The notes under the pieces were generated by a model. That model saw only the letters and a program-made list of their open reading frames with translations. It was not told where the DNA came from and made no database searches. Shown one piece after another: positions 41,601 to 49,843 of a stretch of 64,000 bases of DNA; position 1 is the first letter of the stretch, and each line of letters opens with the position of its first letter. The DNA lies in IMG/VR virus record IMGVR_UViG_3300003690_000002, positions 64,001 to 128,000 of that record. One strand, given 5' to 3'. Made by a program: the position numbers and the translations under genes. This DNA is from a virus.

Positions 41601-42333
41601 TTAAAAAATTTAACTTTCTTTCTACCTCTCCGCGCAAATAGTTTTCCATATATTCTTCAATCGTCATATTTTTAGAAAAACCAGCTTTTTGTATTTTTTG
41701 TAAAGCAATATTTAGATCATAATCATTATCAAGTTGATTGAGTTTTAAAAATGCGGTACGGCGTACTGAAAATGGTATATCACTAGTTGCTTCTTCAAAT
41801 CTGTCAATTAAATCATCTAATAAATTTGAACCTTTTGATGCATCGACCGTTTCTAATGTATTTTTCTCTTCGTTATAAAATTTATGACCAACGTGGTGAA
41901 TGTTAATAACGTCTTCATCATAATTAATTATATTCTTAGCTGATGGACCTTGTATTTCAGCATTATAGAAGACTTCTTTATTTTCTCCAAAAATAATGTC
42001 TAATTCGCCTTGCGATAAACTATCTAATGTTCTCTCATAGGCTTTAAAAGCGTTTAAATATACTTTTTTAATTTCATCGCCGCCCTTAAACTTTCTTGCC
42101 GCTAAATCAGCGAATGTGCGACCACCTATTTTCATATCGCCTTTGTTTCTTGCCCAAGCGGGAGCCCATACAGCTTTATTACCTTTAATTCCCAAATAGA
42201 TATTAAAGCCATCAGTTTTTTCTGTGCCTTGAAGTTCTCCTCTTGAGGCAGCTGAAAGGATTTTTTTAATTTTATTAAAAGTTAGGTCTCTATCATCATA
42301 GAGATGCATTAAATGCTTAGCGACACCGCCCAT
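38689..42333 (-). CDS. multidomain protein: RNA-ligase-like NTase (DUF6267-like), cytidylyltransferase-like domain, HhH glycosylase-like domain and acidic tail
   Basis: TEKTDG (KxDG), NAEIQG, EGFVF...YK, PGAFKPPHVGH (HxGH), LPGLGLPKAAFA...GCID. Confidence 0.7.
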   Translation of the reverse strand: MGGVAKHLMHLYDDRDLTFNKIKKILSAASRGELQGTEKTDGFNIYLGIKGNKAVWAPAWARNKGDMKIGGRTFADLAARKFKGGDEIKKVYLNAFKAYERTLDSLSQGELDIIFGENKEVFYNAEIQGPSAKNIINYDEDVINIHHVGHKFYNEEKNTLETVDASKGSNLLDDLIDRFEEATSDIPFSVRRTAFLKLNQLDNDYDLNIALQKIQKAGFSKNMTIEEYMENYLRGEVERKLNFLSPDIQQDVLNRILKKDGAKSLTQIYKGFPIDIKQRIKQFVEFAEISLINDAIWPIEEAIHTFSVELLKGLKSAYILNNEAELARQKKEISTAIKNIQTYAGPGASKAHEILAKQLQKIKHLDNINTTVEGFVFQYGEQMYKFTGNFAPINQLLGLFKYGRGKIPPIKSSNKNEEEITEITEEETHQTLAIIPGAFKPPHVGHLAMAKHYIDLADKIIILISPLERKTPKEGIPITAAQSKKIWNLYLNNSGLSADVEVSEYNSPVQAAIEYGNKPEVAGSNIILGASTKGGDAAQRFGKNIQKYTPDVNILDPITYAAQADVITHSDNYITILRENTEILDNLPSFKEGLDILEFHGSDMRYMAELATESPIALQLFEDFMPAGSNPDSVLGILNIKLKDQDMIKEGGSLPVGIFLRLVEEQLEKNIKNDEVRTLKEQEEDEASEDAILDLSKEFDSGFCKYNPLINEYAQYSPDQLADVLMFVIGTQQMRWYDVVPKFPILLNFVHKNDGLMTDRNLLNPGEKQPKYDFSGFGQLVMGPRKHAIDYLWKNRESIYSSFSGLFNEYNNSSGLRKEEALFNIYLEAIKLPGLGLPKAAFATQLIIGRLGCIDSINLNIYKGISKEFNILTPGDKGFRTPSVTASGKKVIQAGEFDSNIIKLTSGGIELAQKYVEFLRQIAKETGAEDISRKLWDSWVELVAKKINIKDDLKVTMPDGSVHVVPNDYSKNIKGVETNPSAAFRKKYIGKITGRDVSRQHHIPTMNENKKDQLLFESWSKYFYNSLKEQDANFFRDAKKDNSNVKTMDFKEKSNFAKEKTKELMQDQKFLEDVYKSIESLFKKQEEYIETFKQLSTEFDLQAKKTEKTEKESEQTAREVERATDIASAEAAKRMEKETEEETGKEEIEEISTMGGGNVEGAYTKSPWPGIDFDKENERERRKSKLKLKEANKNEPVKEVLDYLLQISGINIKG

Positions 42334-42334
42334 G

Positions 42335-42586
42335 TTACTTGCTCTCTTCTAATATCTTAAGCTCTTCTTCAAGCATTACCACGCGGCTTTCTAATTTTCT
42401 GGTTAGATTTTTAATTTCTCTGAGTTGTGCTTTTGCGATTTCCAATCTTCGAGACTCTGTTTGCGTTTTTGGGGCAAAATTATCTAGAATCTCTTTTAAA
42501 TTTTGAATATAACTACGAACAGTTGGCCTGGTTCTTTGCTCACCAAGTAAAAAGTTTCGTGTTAATTTGCGGAAATCTATTTTCAT
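42335..42586 (-). CDS. coiled-coil hypothetical protein
   Basis: 83 aa with AAGGA SD and a C-terminal heptad pattern. Confidence 0.7.
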   Translation of the reverse strand: MKIDFRKLTRNFLLGEQRTRPTVRSYIQNLKEILDNFAPKTQTESRRLEIAKAQLREIKNLTRKLESRVVMLEEELKILEESK

Positions 42587-42595
42587 TTTTGTTCC

Positions 42596-42760
42596 TTATT
42601 TTTTTGCTTTTTCTTTAGAAGAAAACCCAAGAGCTTTTTTCAATTTATTTGCAGTTTTCTTAACCACACTCTCTTTCTTTTCTTCTAAATTGCTCGATTG
42701 ATCAGGATTATCTAGAGCTTCGAGCAAACCCAATTTTCGCAATCTTCTTCTTAAGCCCAT
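42596..42760 (-). CDS. small basic hypothetical protein, 54 aa, not in the ORF track
   Basis: MGLRRRLRKLGLLEAL...KAKK* fills the intergenic gap; AAGGGGG upstream. Confidence 0.55.
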   Translation of the reverse strand: MGLRRRLRKLGLLEALDNPDQSSNLEEKKESVVKKTANKLKKALGFSSKEKAKK

Positions 42761-42774
42761 TATATATTTCCCCC

Positions 42775-43935
42775 TTATTTAGTCCATAATTTTTTAAGTT
42801 TTGTATAAATTTCTTTATTGTGCCATTCGCTGAGAGGTTCATGTTCTTCTTCAGGAAAACCATTAAGTTCCTCTTCTTCATCGCGATTATATGCAGGCTC
42901 TAGCCCTTTGCCTAAACCTGGGTGTTCTCCGTAGTCCTCAAGCTCTTTTCGACCAGGATATGGTGTATCTTTTTCGAATTCTGCCTCTTCTGGGTTTTCT
43001 ACTGGCTCATCTTCGACTTCTTGAAGATCTTTAACAAAATATTGGAGTAAGCTTTTTGCCTCTTCTGGAGAAAATCCTGCTTTTACTAATTTATCATATC
43101 CGTTCTTAACATCTCCTTTTTCTGGAGGTGCAATTTTATCCTGTTTCATTTCTTGCTCGCCTGGTTGCTCTTCTTTAATGTCTTCTAGAAATTCTAAAAC
43201 TGCTTCTTCAATAATTTCTTTGATATCCACTGATTCGCTAACTTCTTTTTCCCTGTTGCTAGGATTGTGAGCTAATTTTGAAGCTGGGCTCATTGGATGT
43301 TCTTCTTGTTCTTCTACTTCTTCTTCATCATCATCTTTTTCTTCTTCATCATATGTAATGAGTTCAGTTTTATAATCATCATGCCAAGAGGCTCCACCTC
43401 TTTCTTCGGCTAAGTTAAAGTTATTTAAATTAAACTTCTTTGCTAGAGCGGCACTTAGTTTTTTATTTCTTTCTGTCATTAGAGACATAATATCATTTCT
43501 CCCATTGTTGTAATTAGTTTCTTGCATTGCCATCTTCCTTGTGTCTTCCCAATCTCTAAAAATAATATTTCCTTGTAAATAGGCTTCTTTTTCCATATTT
43601 CTTAAATGAGTATTATTTTGTGCATATCCTTCTTCAGCGGCAATATCCCCAGCAAGCTTGCCTTCACAATTCTGAGAGTGGTGTACTAATTCATGTGAAA
43701 ATGATCTTAAAATATCTTTTGGATGTCGTTTATCAACATATATAACAATTGTATATGTCGATGGGTTGTAATACCCTGTCTTTCCAAGAGTTTTTTTTGC
43801 ATTTTCAATATCTGAATTGAATACAAGTTCGGGACGTTTATCAAAGCCTAATTGTTTTTTTGCATAAGGATAAAAATCTTTTACTAATGATTCAAGTTCA
43901 GAAATGTCTTTTTTTGCATTATTTTGAATATTCAT
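42775..43935 (-). CDS. HExxH metallopeptidase-like N-terminus plus acidic C-terminus
   Basis: RSFSHELVHHSQ...EKEAY, followed by a Glu-rich tail. Confidence 0.7.
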   Translation of the reverse strand: MNIQNNAKKDISELESLVKDFYPYAKKQLGFDKRPELVFNSDIENAKKTLGKTGYYNPSTYTIVIYVDKRHPKDILRSFSHELVHHSQNCEGKLAGDIAAEEGYAQNNTHLRNMEKEAYLQGNIIFRDWEDTRKMAMQETNYNNGRNDIMSLMTERNKKLSAALAKKFNLNNFNLAEERGGASWHDDYKTELITYDEEEKDDDEEEVEEQEEHPMSPASKLAHNPSNREKEVSESVDIKEIIEEAVLEFLEDIKEEQPGEQEMKQDKIAPPEKGDVKNGYDKLVKAGFSPEEAKSLLQYFVKDLQEVEDEPVENPEEAEFEKDTPYPGRKELEDYGEHPGLGKGLEPAYNRDEEEELNGFPEEEHEPLSEWHNKEIYTKLKKLWTK

Positions 43936-45445
43936 GGTAAAAATATTCCATTAATTTATCTTTCTTCAAGACAAGAGCTTCCTTAACAACTCTTTTTAAC
44001 TGATCTTCTTTTAATCTTTTAGTTGATTTTCCAACATTATATTCCGAAGCTATCCATTTTGCCATCAATTTTGGTAAATTTTTAGCTTGATTTGGGCTCA
44101 ATAAACCAACACCTAGTGGTAACTCTTTCATTTGCGCACCTGTGGCTACAATTGGTTTACCAACTTTTCCACTTTCTGGTTTATATTCTTGCTCTCCCGT
44201 GCCATATTTAAAAATCATATTTTGTATACTTTTTCTAAAAGTTCCATCTGATAATTCTTTTTCTATTGCTTTTAAACCACGTACATCTTCTGTTGTATCT
44301 TGTGTTGGTTCTTCATCTGGTGCTTGTGTAGTTTCTTTCTCTGGCGGTTCTGTGGGTTTGAGCGGGGTGGGACCTCGTTCTCCAATTCTTTTTACTTCTT
44401 CTCCGGCACCATGTTTGTCTGATAAATATTTTGCAACCATTTCTGCTAAATTTCTAGCCATTGATCTAGTGATTTTTCCGACCCCATACGGTTGTTTTCC
44501 ATCTCGCTGTTGAACGTGAACGAAAGGACCGCTTTCCGAGGGTCCTCTTTTGGGCATATTTACTTGATCTTCTGTACCATACTTTCTAAAAACCTGATAT
44601 AATTTGTCTCTAAAAGATCCTGTCTCTAAATCGTTGGAGATTTTTTCTGGTGCTTCTTCTTCGCCCTCGCCTTCTTCTTCCCCGGTTTCTTTCCCGATAT
44701 CTCCCGTTGTTAGTATGTTTTGCAAATTTCCAACCGTTAAATCCCCACCTTGGCTTAGTTGATTAATGTTTTGTGAAACTTGTTGAACTGTTATGTTCGG
44801 ATCTCCACCTCGGGCGGCGGCAACAAGTGCTATAATTTGATCAAAAGATGGAGTCCCAGCGCCACCGCCGTTGCCGTTGTCACCCTGATCAGGGCTAGGA
44901 GCGCCCCCCCCACCTGTTCCTTTTGGCACTTGACCAATATATTTTATAAATTGCATTGGTCTTTTATTCTTGACAACATGATCCATATAGAAATTTATTC
45001 TATCTTCTTTTGACTGTCCTAGTTTATTAGCCCAAGTATTCCACTTTTCTAGAGAATCTCCACGAGGGAGCCTATATTCAAAATTTGGATAGCGAGTCTT
45101 TTCAGCTTGATCCATTCCGTATTTTGGGTCATCTGGGTTTAAATCTCCAGATTGCATCCTTTGTTCTATTTCACTTTTAATATCATCGACTGTGATATTT
45201 TTTGACTCGTCACCAATGGGATCTCCTTTTTTAAATTTTTTAAAAATCTTTGCATATCCCTGTGCTTCAACATCCTCACCACCGTCACCAGCGCCGCCGA
45301 GGGCTAATTCCGGTGCGCCATATTTTTTTGCCGCAAGACCTCCTTTGGCATAACCAAGACGCTGACCAGCTATAGCTTCTTTTAAAGGTAGAGAGTATTC
45401 TAAAATTGCTTTTTTTATTTTTTCTCTAAGTGATTGCTTAAGCAT
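43919..45445 (-). CDS. hypothetical Gly/Glu-rich protein with an internal duplicated domain
   Basis: 508 aa; two diverged copies of a L..G.FR......F.KYGT..Q...P.GVG......A.NL....AK module. Confidence 0.7.
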   Translation of the reverse strand: MLKQSLREKIKKAILEYSLPLKEAIAGQRLGYAKGGLAAKKYGAPELALGGAGDGGEDVEAQGYAKIFKKFKKGDPIGDESKNITVDDIKSEIEQRMQSGDLNPDDPKYGMDQAEKTRYPNFEYRLPRGDSLEKWNTWANKLGQSKEDRINFYMDHVVKNKRPMQFIKYIGQVPKGTGGGGAPSPDQGDNGNGGGAGTPSFDQIIALVAAARGGDPNITVQQVSQNINQLSQGGDLTVGNLQNILTTGDIGKETGEEEGEGEEEAPEKISNDLETGSFRDKLYQVFRKYGTEDQVNMPKRGPSESGPFVHVQQRDGKQPYGVGKITRSMARNLAEMVAKYLSDKHGAGEEVKRIGERGPTPLKPTEPPEKETTQAPDEEPTQDTTEDVRGLKAIEKELSDGTFRKSIQNMIFKYGTGEQEYKPESGKVGKPIVATGAQMKELPLGVGLLSPNQAKNLPKLMAKWIASEYNVGKSTKRLKEDQLKRVVKEALVLKKDKLMEYFYHEYSK

Positions 45446-45530
45446 GCCAATATATCCTATATTTATGTAGAATTATATTATAAATAGTATATTATACCTT
45501 TAACGCTAGAAAATTTAATCATTGTTTTTT

Positions 45531-45725
45531 CTAATCTGAAAGATTTGTAATATAATTTTCTAACTCTTCTTCTAAAACTTTAATTACATTTTCTAATCGT
45601 ATTAAAAGATCTCCTGGTACATCAACACCTCTTATTACAAGCTCTCTAGCTTCTCCAAGTGCCCTCTCCGCCGCTATTAAGTCTTTTTTAATTCTTACTT
45701 CCCTTAAATAAATGATATTTCCCAT
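45531..45725 (-). CDS. hypothetical protein
   Basis: Start moved to MGNIIYL (TAATG coupling). Confidence 0.55.
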   Translation of the reverse strand: MGNIIYLREVRIKKDLIAAERALGEARELVIRGVDVPGDLLIRLENVIKVLEEELENYITNLSD

Positions 45726-45949
45726 TATATAGTTGAAACTGGCACTAATGTGAACTCCAAGCACCAGAACTCCTCTCCATCCATCCAATTGACTTTTACA
45801 TCTAACACTTTTTCATGAGGTTTAAACTCTTTAGCTATTTTAATATCAGTTATTATTCCTAAAACTTTATCAGAGTCAAATTGAACTAAATCTCCAATTT
45901 TAAATTTATTTTTTGATTTTGTTATATCTGTGTCGGTATTTATCTTCAT
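45725..45949 (-). CDS. small GDLV (SH3/KOW-like) protein
   Basis: FKIGDLVQF...GIITDI...VKVNWMDG; start moved to 45949. Confidence 0.65.
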   Translation of the reverse strand: MKINTDTDITKSKNKFKIGDLVQFDSDKVLGIITDIKIAKEFKPHEKVLDVKVNWMDGEEFWCLEFTLVPVSTI

Positions 45950-45983
45950 AGAGGTGGAGTTTCTTCTCGCATTGTAATATTCT

Positions 45984-47825
45984 CTACGGACCCTCCTCAC
46001 CACAAGCAGTTTCATTTAAAATCTCTGAGAGATATGCATATATTTCTGTTGCTGAGTTTGTTAGTTCATACCATTTTCCTAGCGCACTGGTTAAAGAAAG
46101 AGGTTCCCAACCACCTGCTTTACCAAGAAAATTATATGTTTTATAATATAATGAAGTAAATGTATAGATTGATAGTTTAGGATCTTGTTTAATCAAGTCT
46201 AATAAAATAGGTTGAGTAATATAACCATTGCCATATGCTGTCTTCCCGTTGATCGGGGCTATCGTGGGAGAATTCATATAGCTTTGTCCCTCTTCATCTG
46301 TAAAAACAATTATAACGTGATTCGCATTGGGTCGCCAACTTACCGAGAAATTTTGGAGATCAGGAACCGAGTCAACCCAAGGAATCCATTGAAGATCGGA
46401 TATTTGATAAGGCATTGAAGTTTGCGGTACAATTCCTTTCATAAGAAGATATATCATATCATAAAGCATTTCATAACCACCCTGTGTTTGAAAACCAGTA
46501 CTGGCAATTGTATTATAAAAAATATCAAAAGGCTCTAGATCAGAAACAAGAAGCGCTTTTTCACCCCACCCCAGATTATATGTGGGAGCGTATATAAAAC
46601 CCCATTTAACAGCAGATTGATCAGCGAATTCTTGTGAAAAAATGCTTAGTGCCGCTAAAACACCACTAATTTCATCTTCCATTGAACCAGAGCCGTCGAC
46701 AACAAAAATTATATCAGTATCTTGCATTTCTTTGCCATCGTCAATTAATCCATCACAATTATCATCTTGACCATTGCAAGCGTCTTTATCGTCTGGCGTT
46801 TTTTCATCGAGGCATAAATTTGGAATGAAATCATTATTACCGTCGTAGTTACCCCAATACCCGGCATCACAGATCATTTCACCAGGTAGACATATTCCAA
46901 TATTGAGAGTATCTATCGGACCGGTATAACACTCCTGAGCTAAACCCTCATCGATTAATTGGTTGCAGTTTTCATCATGATTGTTGCAAACTTCATTTTG
47001 TATGATCTGTCCAACTAGCGGATCGCACGGATTTGGTCCCGCTGTGGGGATATATGTACATAAAGCTTGGCAAGGTGACATTTGGAGCGCTTTACATTCC
47101 TCAGTAACACATTCGCACGTTTTAAAGCCTTGTCCGCACAAAAGAGGAGGTTCCTCACAAGGATATAAAACGCCAATTTGATCCCAAGTACATAAACATA
47201 GTAATTCTTCGTCAACTAACCCATCGCAATCATCGTCTTGACCATTACATACCTCCTCCTCGGGCTGTTGCGCAGTACAAAACCAACTACCATCTACACA
47301 TACGTTTAAATTTTCTTCACACGCCGTATTGCATTTTTCTATTAATCCTTCGTCTATTTTGCCATTACAATCATTGTCAAATCCGTCGCAAACTTCATCT
47401 GGGATGGGTCCGCATACATTACATGCATTTAATTGTCCCTCATCAACTAAGTCATCGCAATCATTATCAACATAATCGCAAACTTCCTCTGCTGGCTGTG
47501 GTGCATCACATGCCACAACCTTTCCTTCAACACAAAGACCATTCCCATCTCCGCATTCTGTACTACAAGGGTACTCGCCTTCATCTGTGGCACCATCACA
47601 GTCATTATCGATACCATCGCAGATTTCTTCTACGCAAGGATCACATATGCCGTATTCAAAATAACCTTTAAGGCAATAAACCTTTACAAAGCCATTAATT
47701 CCGTCTTCTGTGACACATTCTTCTTCTCTAATGACTTCATTGGTGGGAATACACTCTAAAATTTCTTCACATTCACTCATTTCGATAACTTTGTCATCAT
47801 CACAAATATCTACAATTACTTTCAT
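45984..47825 (-). CDS. vWA-domain protein with six Cys/Asp-rich putative metal-binding (MopE-like) repeats; C-terminal part of a frame-split gene
   Basis: Six EE[IV]C[DN]..D[ND]DCDG..DE repeats, MIDAS VVDGSGSM, VFTDE. The frame stays open upstream to 47861 (YYYCPPLNEVWR). Confidence 0.85.
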   Translation of the reverse strand: MKVIVDICDDDKVIEMSECEEILECIPTNEVIREEECVTEDGINGFVKVYCLKGYFEYGICDPCVEEICDGIDNDCDGATDEGEYPCSTECGDGNGLCVEGKVVACDAPQPAEEVCDYVDNDCDDLVDEGQLNACNVCGPIPDEVCDGFDNDCNGKIDEGLIEKCNTACEENLNVCVDGSWFCTAQQPEEEVCNGQDDDCDGLVDEELLCLCTWDQIGVLYPCEEPPLLCGQGFKTCECVTEECKALQMSPCQALCTYIPTAGPNPCDPLVGQIIQNEVCNNHDENCNQLIDEGLAQECYTGPIDTLNIGICLPGEMICDAGYWGNYDGNNDFIPNLCLDEKTPDDKDACNGQDDNCDGLIDDGKEMQDTDIIFVVDGSGSMEDEISGVLAALSIFSQEFADQSAVKWGFIYAPTYNLGWGEKALLVSDLEPFDIFYNTIASTGFQTQGGYEMLYDMIYLLMKGIVPQTSMPYQISDLQWIPWVDSVPDLQNFSVSWRPNANHVIIVFTDEEGQSYMNSPTIAPINGKTAYGNGYITQPILLDLIKQDPKLSIYTFTSLYYKTYNFLGKAGGWEPLSLTSALGKWYELTNSATEIYAYLSEILNETACGEEGP

Positions 47826-47835
47826 GCGCCAAACT

Positions 47836-48009
47836 TCATTTAAAGGGGGACAATAATAATACTATTATAGCGTCGGAAGGGGTATATAAGACTACATCAG
47901 GGAGATTATATACAATTGGCTGCGAATTTCCGACACCTCCGCCATGATTTTTACTACATGACACTAGAAATGTTAAAAATAGTAGTAAAAAGTACTTTTT
48001 ATAGGTCAT
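47836..48009 (-). CDS. lipoprotein signal-peptide ORF, 57 aa; probable N-terminus of the vWA gene in another frame
   Basis: MTYKKYFLLLFLTFLVSC (lipobox LVSC). Not in the ORF track. TGATATAAT extended -10-like element upstream. Confidence 0.6.
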   Translation of the reverse strand: MTYKKYFLLLFLTFLVSCSKNHGGGVGNSQPIVYNLPDVVLYTPSDAIIVLLLSPFK

Positions 48010-48087
48010 ATTATAATTATATCAAACAATTATTTAAAATTAAAAACAAATGTTTTTTCCAGATATCCGGGCGAGAAAATAAAAAAA

Positions 48088-48429
48088 TTATGTTCTTTTT
48101 GGTATTGTAGTGAATTTTACGCCTAAAATTCTATCTCCCTCTTCATCTTTAATCTTTAATATTTTTGATCTTAAATAATCTCTATATGTGGCTATTGGTA
48201 TGTTTTTTGGCATGAATCTAACAGTTAAAACTGTTATTTTTTGAGTTGGACCGGTCTTTCTCGTCGCTGCCTCTGATTTGACAATTGTAACCCCATCAAT
48301 TGCCCTTATTTTGTTAAAAACGCTTGCATATAATGCCAAATCTTTAGAATATTTTATTAATATCTCTATTTCAAAGTGTTTTTCTTCCTCAAAGAGGTAT
48401 TTCTGCCAATTTTCAAATAATTTTTCCAA
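48088..48429 (-). CDS. ENW-leader protein 1, hypothetical
   Basis: TTG start; MEKLFENWQKYLFEE. Confidence 0.7.
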   Translation of the reverse strand: MEKLFENWQKYLFEEEKHFEIEILIKYSKDLALYASVFNKIRAIDGVTIVKSEAATRKTGPTQKITVLTVRFMPKNIPIATYRDYLRSKILKIKDEEGDRILGVKFTTIPKRT

Positions 48430-48440
48430 AATAATTGTTC

Positions 48441-48653
48441 TTAAAGGTCAATTATGACCACTCCATCTGTTTTTTCATCTTTTTTTTCTTGTGTGGGTGG
48501 GATTTGTAAGTTTTCTAACATTGGAAGTCGTAAAAAATCTTGTTCTTGATCAATATTCTGCTTTTCTTGTTCTTCTTGCTCTTTTTTGATCAAAATATTG
48601 ATTAAATTTAGATCATTTATATCAATATCCCATATTTTTGGATTAAATGGCAT
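48441..48653 (-). CDS. hypothetical protein
   Basis: 70 aa; ACTAATTA motif upstream. Confidence 0.6.
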   Translation of the reverse strand: MPFNPKIWDIDINDLNLINILIKKEQEEQEKQNIDQEQDFLRLPMLENLQIPPTQEKKDEKTDGVVIIDL

Positions 48654-48715
48654 TTCTATTACTCCTATATTAGTAATTAGTACCAGTTACTTGTCATATG
48701 TTCTTTTTATTGAAT

Positions 48716-49411
48716 TTATGTTCCTTGAAATCCCGGAGGGGCTGTTTTTGAGCGCTCGTAAGAAGGTTTTTTAATATATGGAGGATTTTTTGACCTATTT
48801 CCACCCATGCCAATATTTTTTTTCTTTGATTTTTCGTGCCCTTTCTTAACTGAAGCTTGATAATCTTCATCTAATTCTTGCAAAGCTAAATGTATTGCTT
48901 TTTTTTGATCGGGGAGAAGACCTCTAAATCCGTCTATCTCATGAATATCTACCCATTCATATTCTAAATTCTCTTCTAAATCAAGATCTATTGCCCCGGA
49001 ATACCTGTCTGTTTTGAAATAAGCTACATTTTTATGTTTTTTAACAAGCTCTAATTGACTAATTTCCAAATTTGTTTCTTCTTTAACCTCTCTTTTGCCA
49101 CCTGTTGCTACATTTTCACCTTTTTTAACATGACCTCCGGGGAGATCCCAATCATGATTCTTGTCAGCACGCTTTAAAAGTAAAAATTGCTTCTTCTCAT
49201 TAAAAATAATAACTTTTGAGACCTCATTTGTATCACCACCCTCCTCTGGAAATCTAGTTTCAGAATCAGGCACAGAAGAAGCATCAGCATATTGCCAAGA
49301 CTCTTCTCCCGAGCCTCCATATTTTAATGGATCCCTATATTTCCAGTTTCCTGTGGACTCTGGCTGTTCTTTTATGTATTTTCGCCAACTCTCAATCAAT
49401 AATTTCATCAT
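48716..49411 (-). CDS. ENW-leader Nudix hydrolase
   Basis: Leader MKLLIESWRKYIKE; Nudix box WDLPGGHVKKGENVATGGKREVKEETNL. Confidence 0.9.
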   Translation of the reverse strand: MMKLLIESWRKYIKEQPESTGNWKYRDPLKYGGSGEESWQYADASSVPDSETRFPEEGGDTNEVSKVIIFNEKKQFLLLKRADKNHDWDLPGGHVKKGENVATGGKREVKEETNLEISQLELVKKHKNVAYFKTDRYSGAIDLDLEENLEYEWVDIHEIDGFRGLLPDQKKAIHLALQELDEDYQASVKKGHEKSKKKNIGMGGNRSKNPPYIKKPSYERSKTAPPGFQGT

Positions 49412-49435
49412 ATTTTTTCCTCACTAAAACCAATA

Positions 49436-49609
49436 TTAGGGTTTAAAAAACCCCCAGTCACCATTAGCTCTATACATCTCATCCCAGAGCATATCTTCAA
49501 CCTCTTTTATATGATCTTCATTGAGGAAATCTTTCATCTCGGCTAAATTGTCAAATGCTTCAGTAATATTTAATTTACCTTTTTCATATTCAATACAAAT
49601 CAAACACAT
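49436..49609 (-). CDS. small hypothetical protein (MCLIC...), 57 aa, not in the ORF track
   Basis: Manual translation MCLICIEYEKGKLNITEAFDNL...; GAGGAGAG SD upstream. Confidence 0.65.
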   Translation of the reverse strand: MCLICIEYEKGKLNITEAFDNLAEMKDFLNEDHIKEVEDMLWDEMYRANGDWGFFKP

Positions 49610-49637
49610 TATAACTCTCCTCTTTGTTTATAAATAG

Positions 49638-49838
49638 TTATTTGTTTTTCATATCTCTTATCAATCTATTAAAGCGTTTATCTTGGCTTTTCAATGCGCG
49701 GACTTGACCATTGAGAAAAGAAATTTCCAGTTCAAGACTGTTTAATCTAGATTCCATTGTATAATAAAGACCCGCCATCACACAAGTTGTTGTAATAATT
49801 AAAATAAGTGTTTTAAAATCGATTTTTAGTTTATCCAT
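49638..49838 (-). CDS. membrane-anchored coiled-coil hypothetical protein
   Basis: One hydrophobic helix followed by heptads. Confidence 0.65.
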   Translation of the reverse strand: MDKLKIDFKTLILIITTTCVMAGLYYTMESRLNSLELEISFLNGQVRALKSQDKRFNRLIRDMKNK

Positions 49839-49843
49839 TAACC

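Noticed and set aside
38689-42333. Intein or homing endonuclease inside the 1214-aa protein
   Set aside because: No C/S-start with His-Asn-end splice junction and no LAGLIDADG or HNH motif was recognised; the extra length is explained by fused domains.
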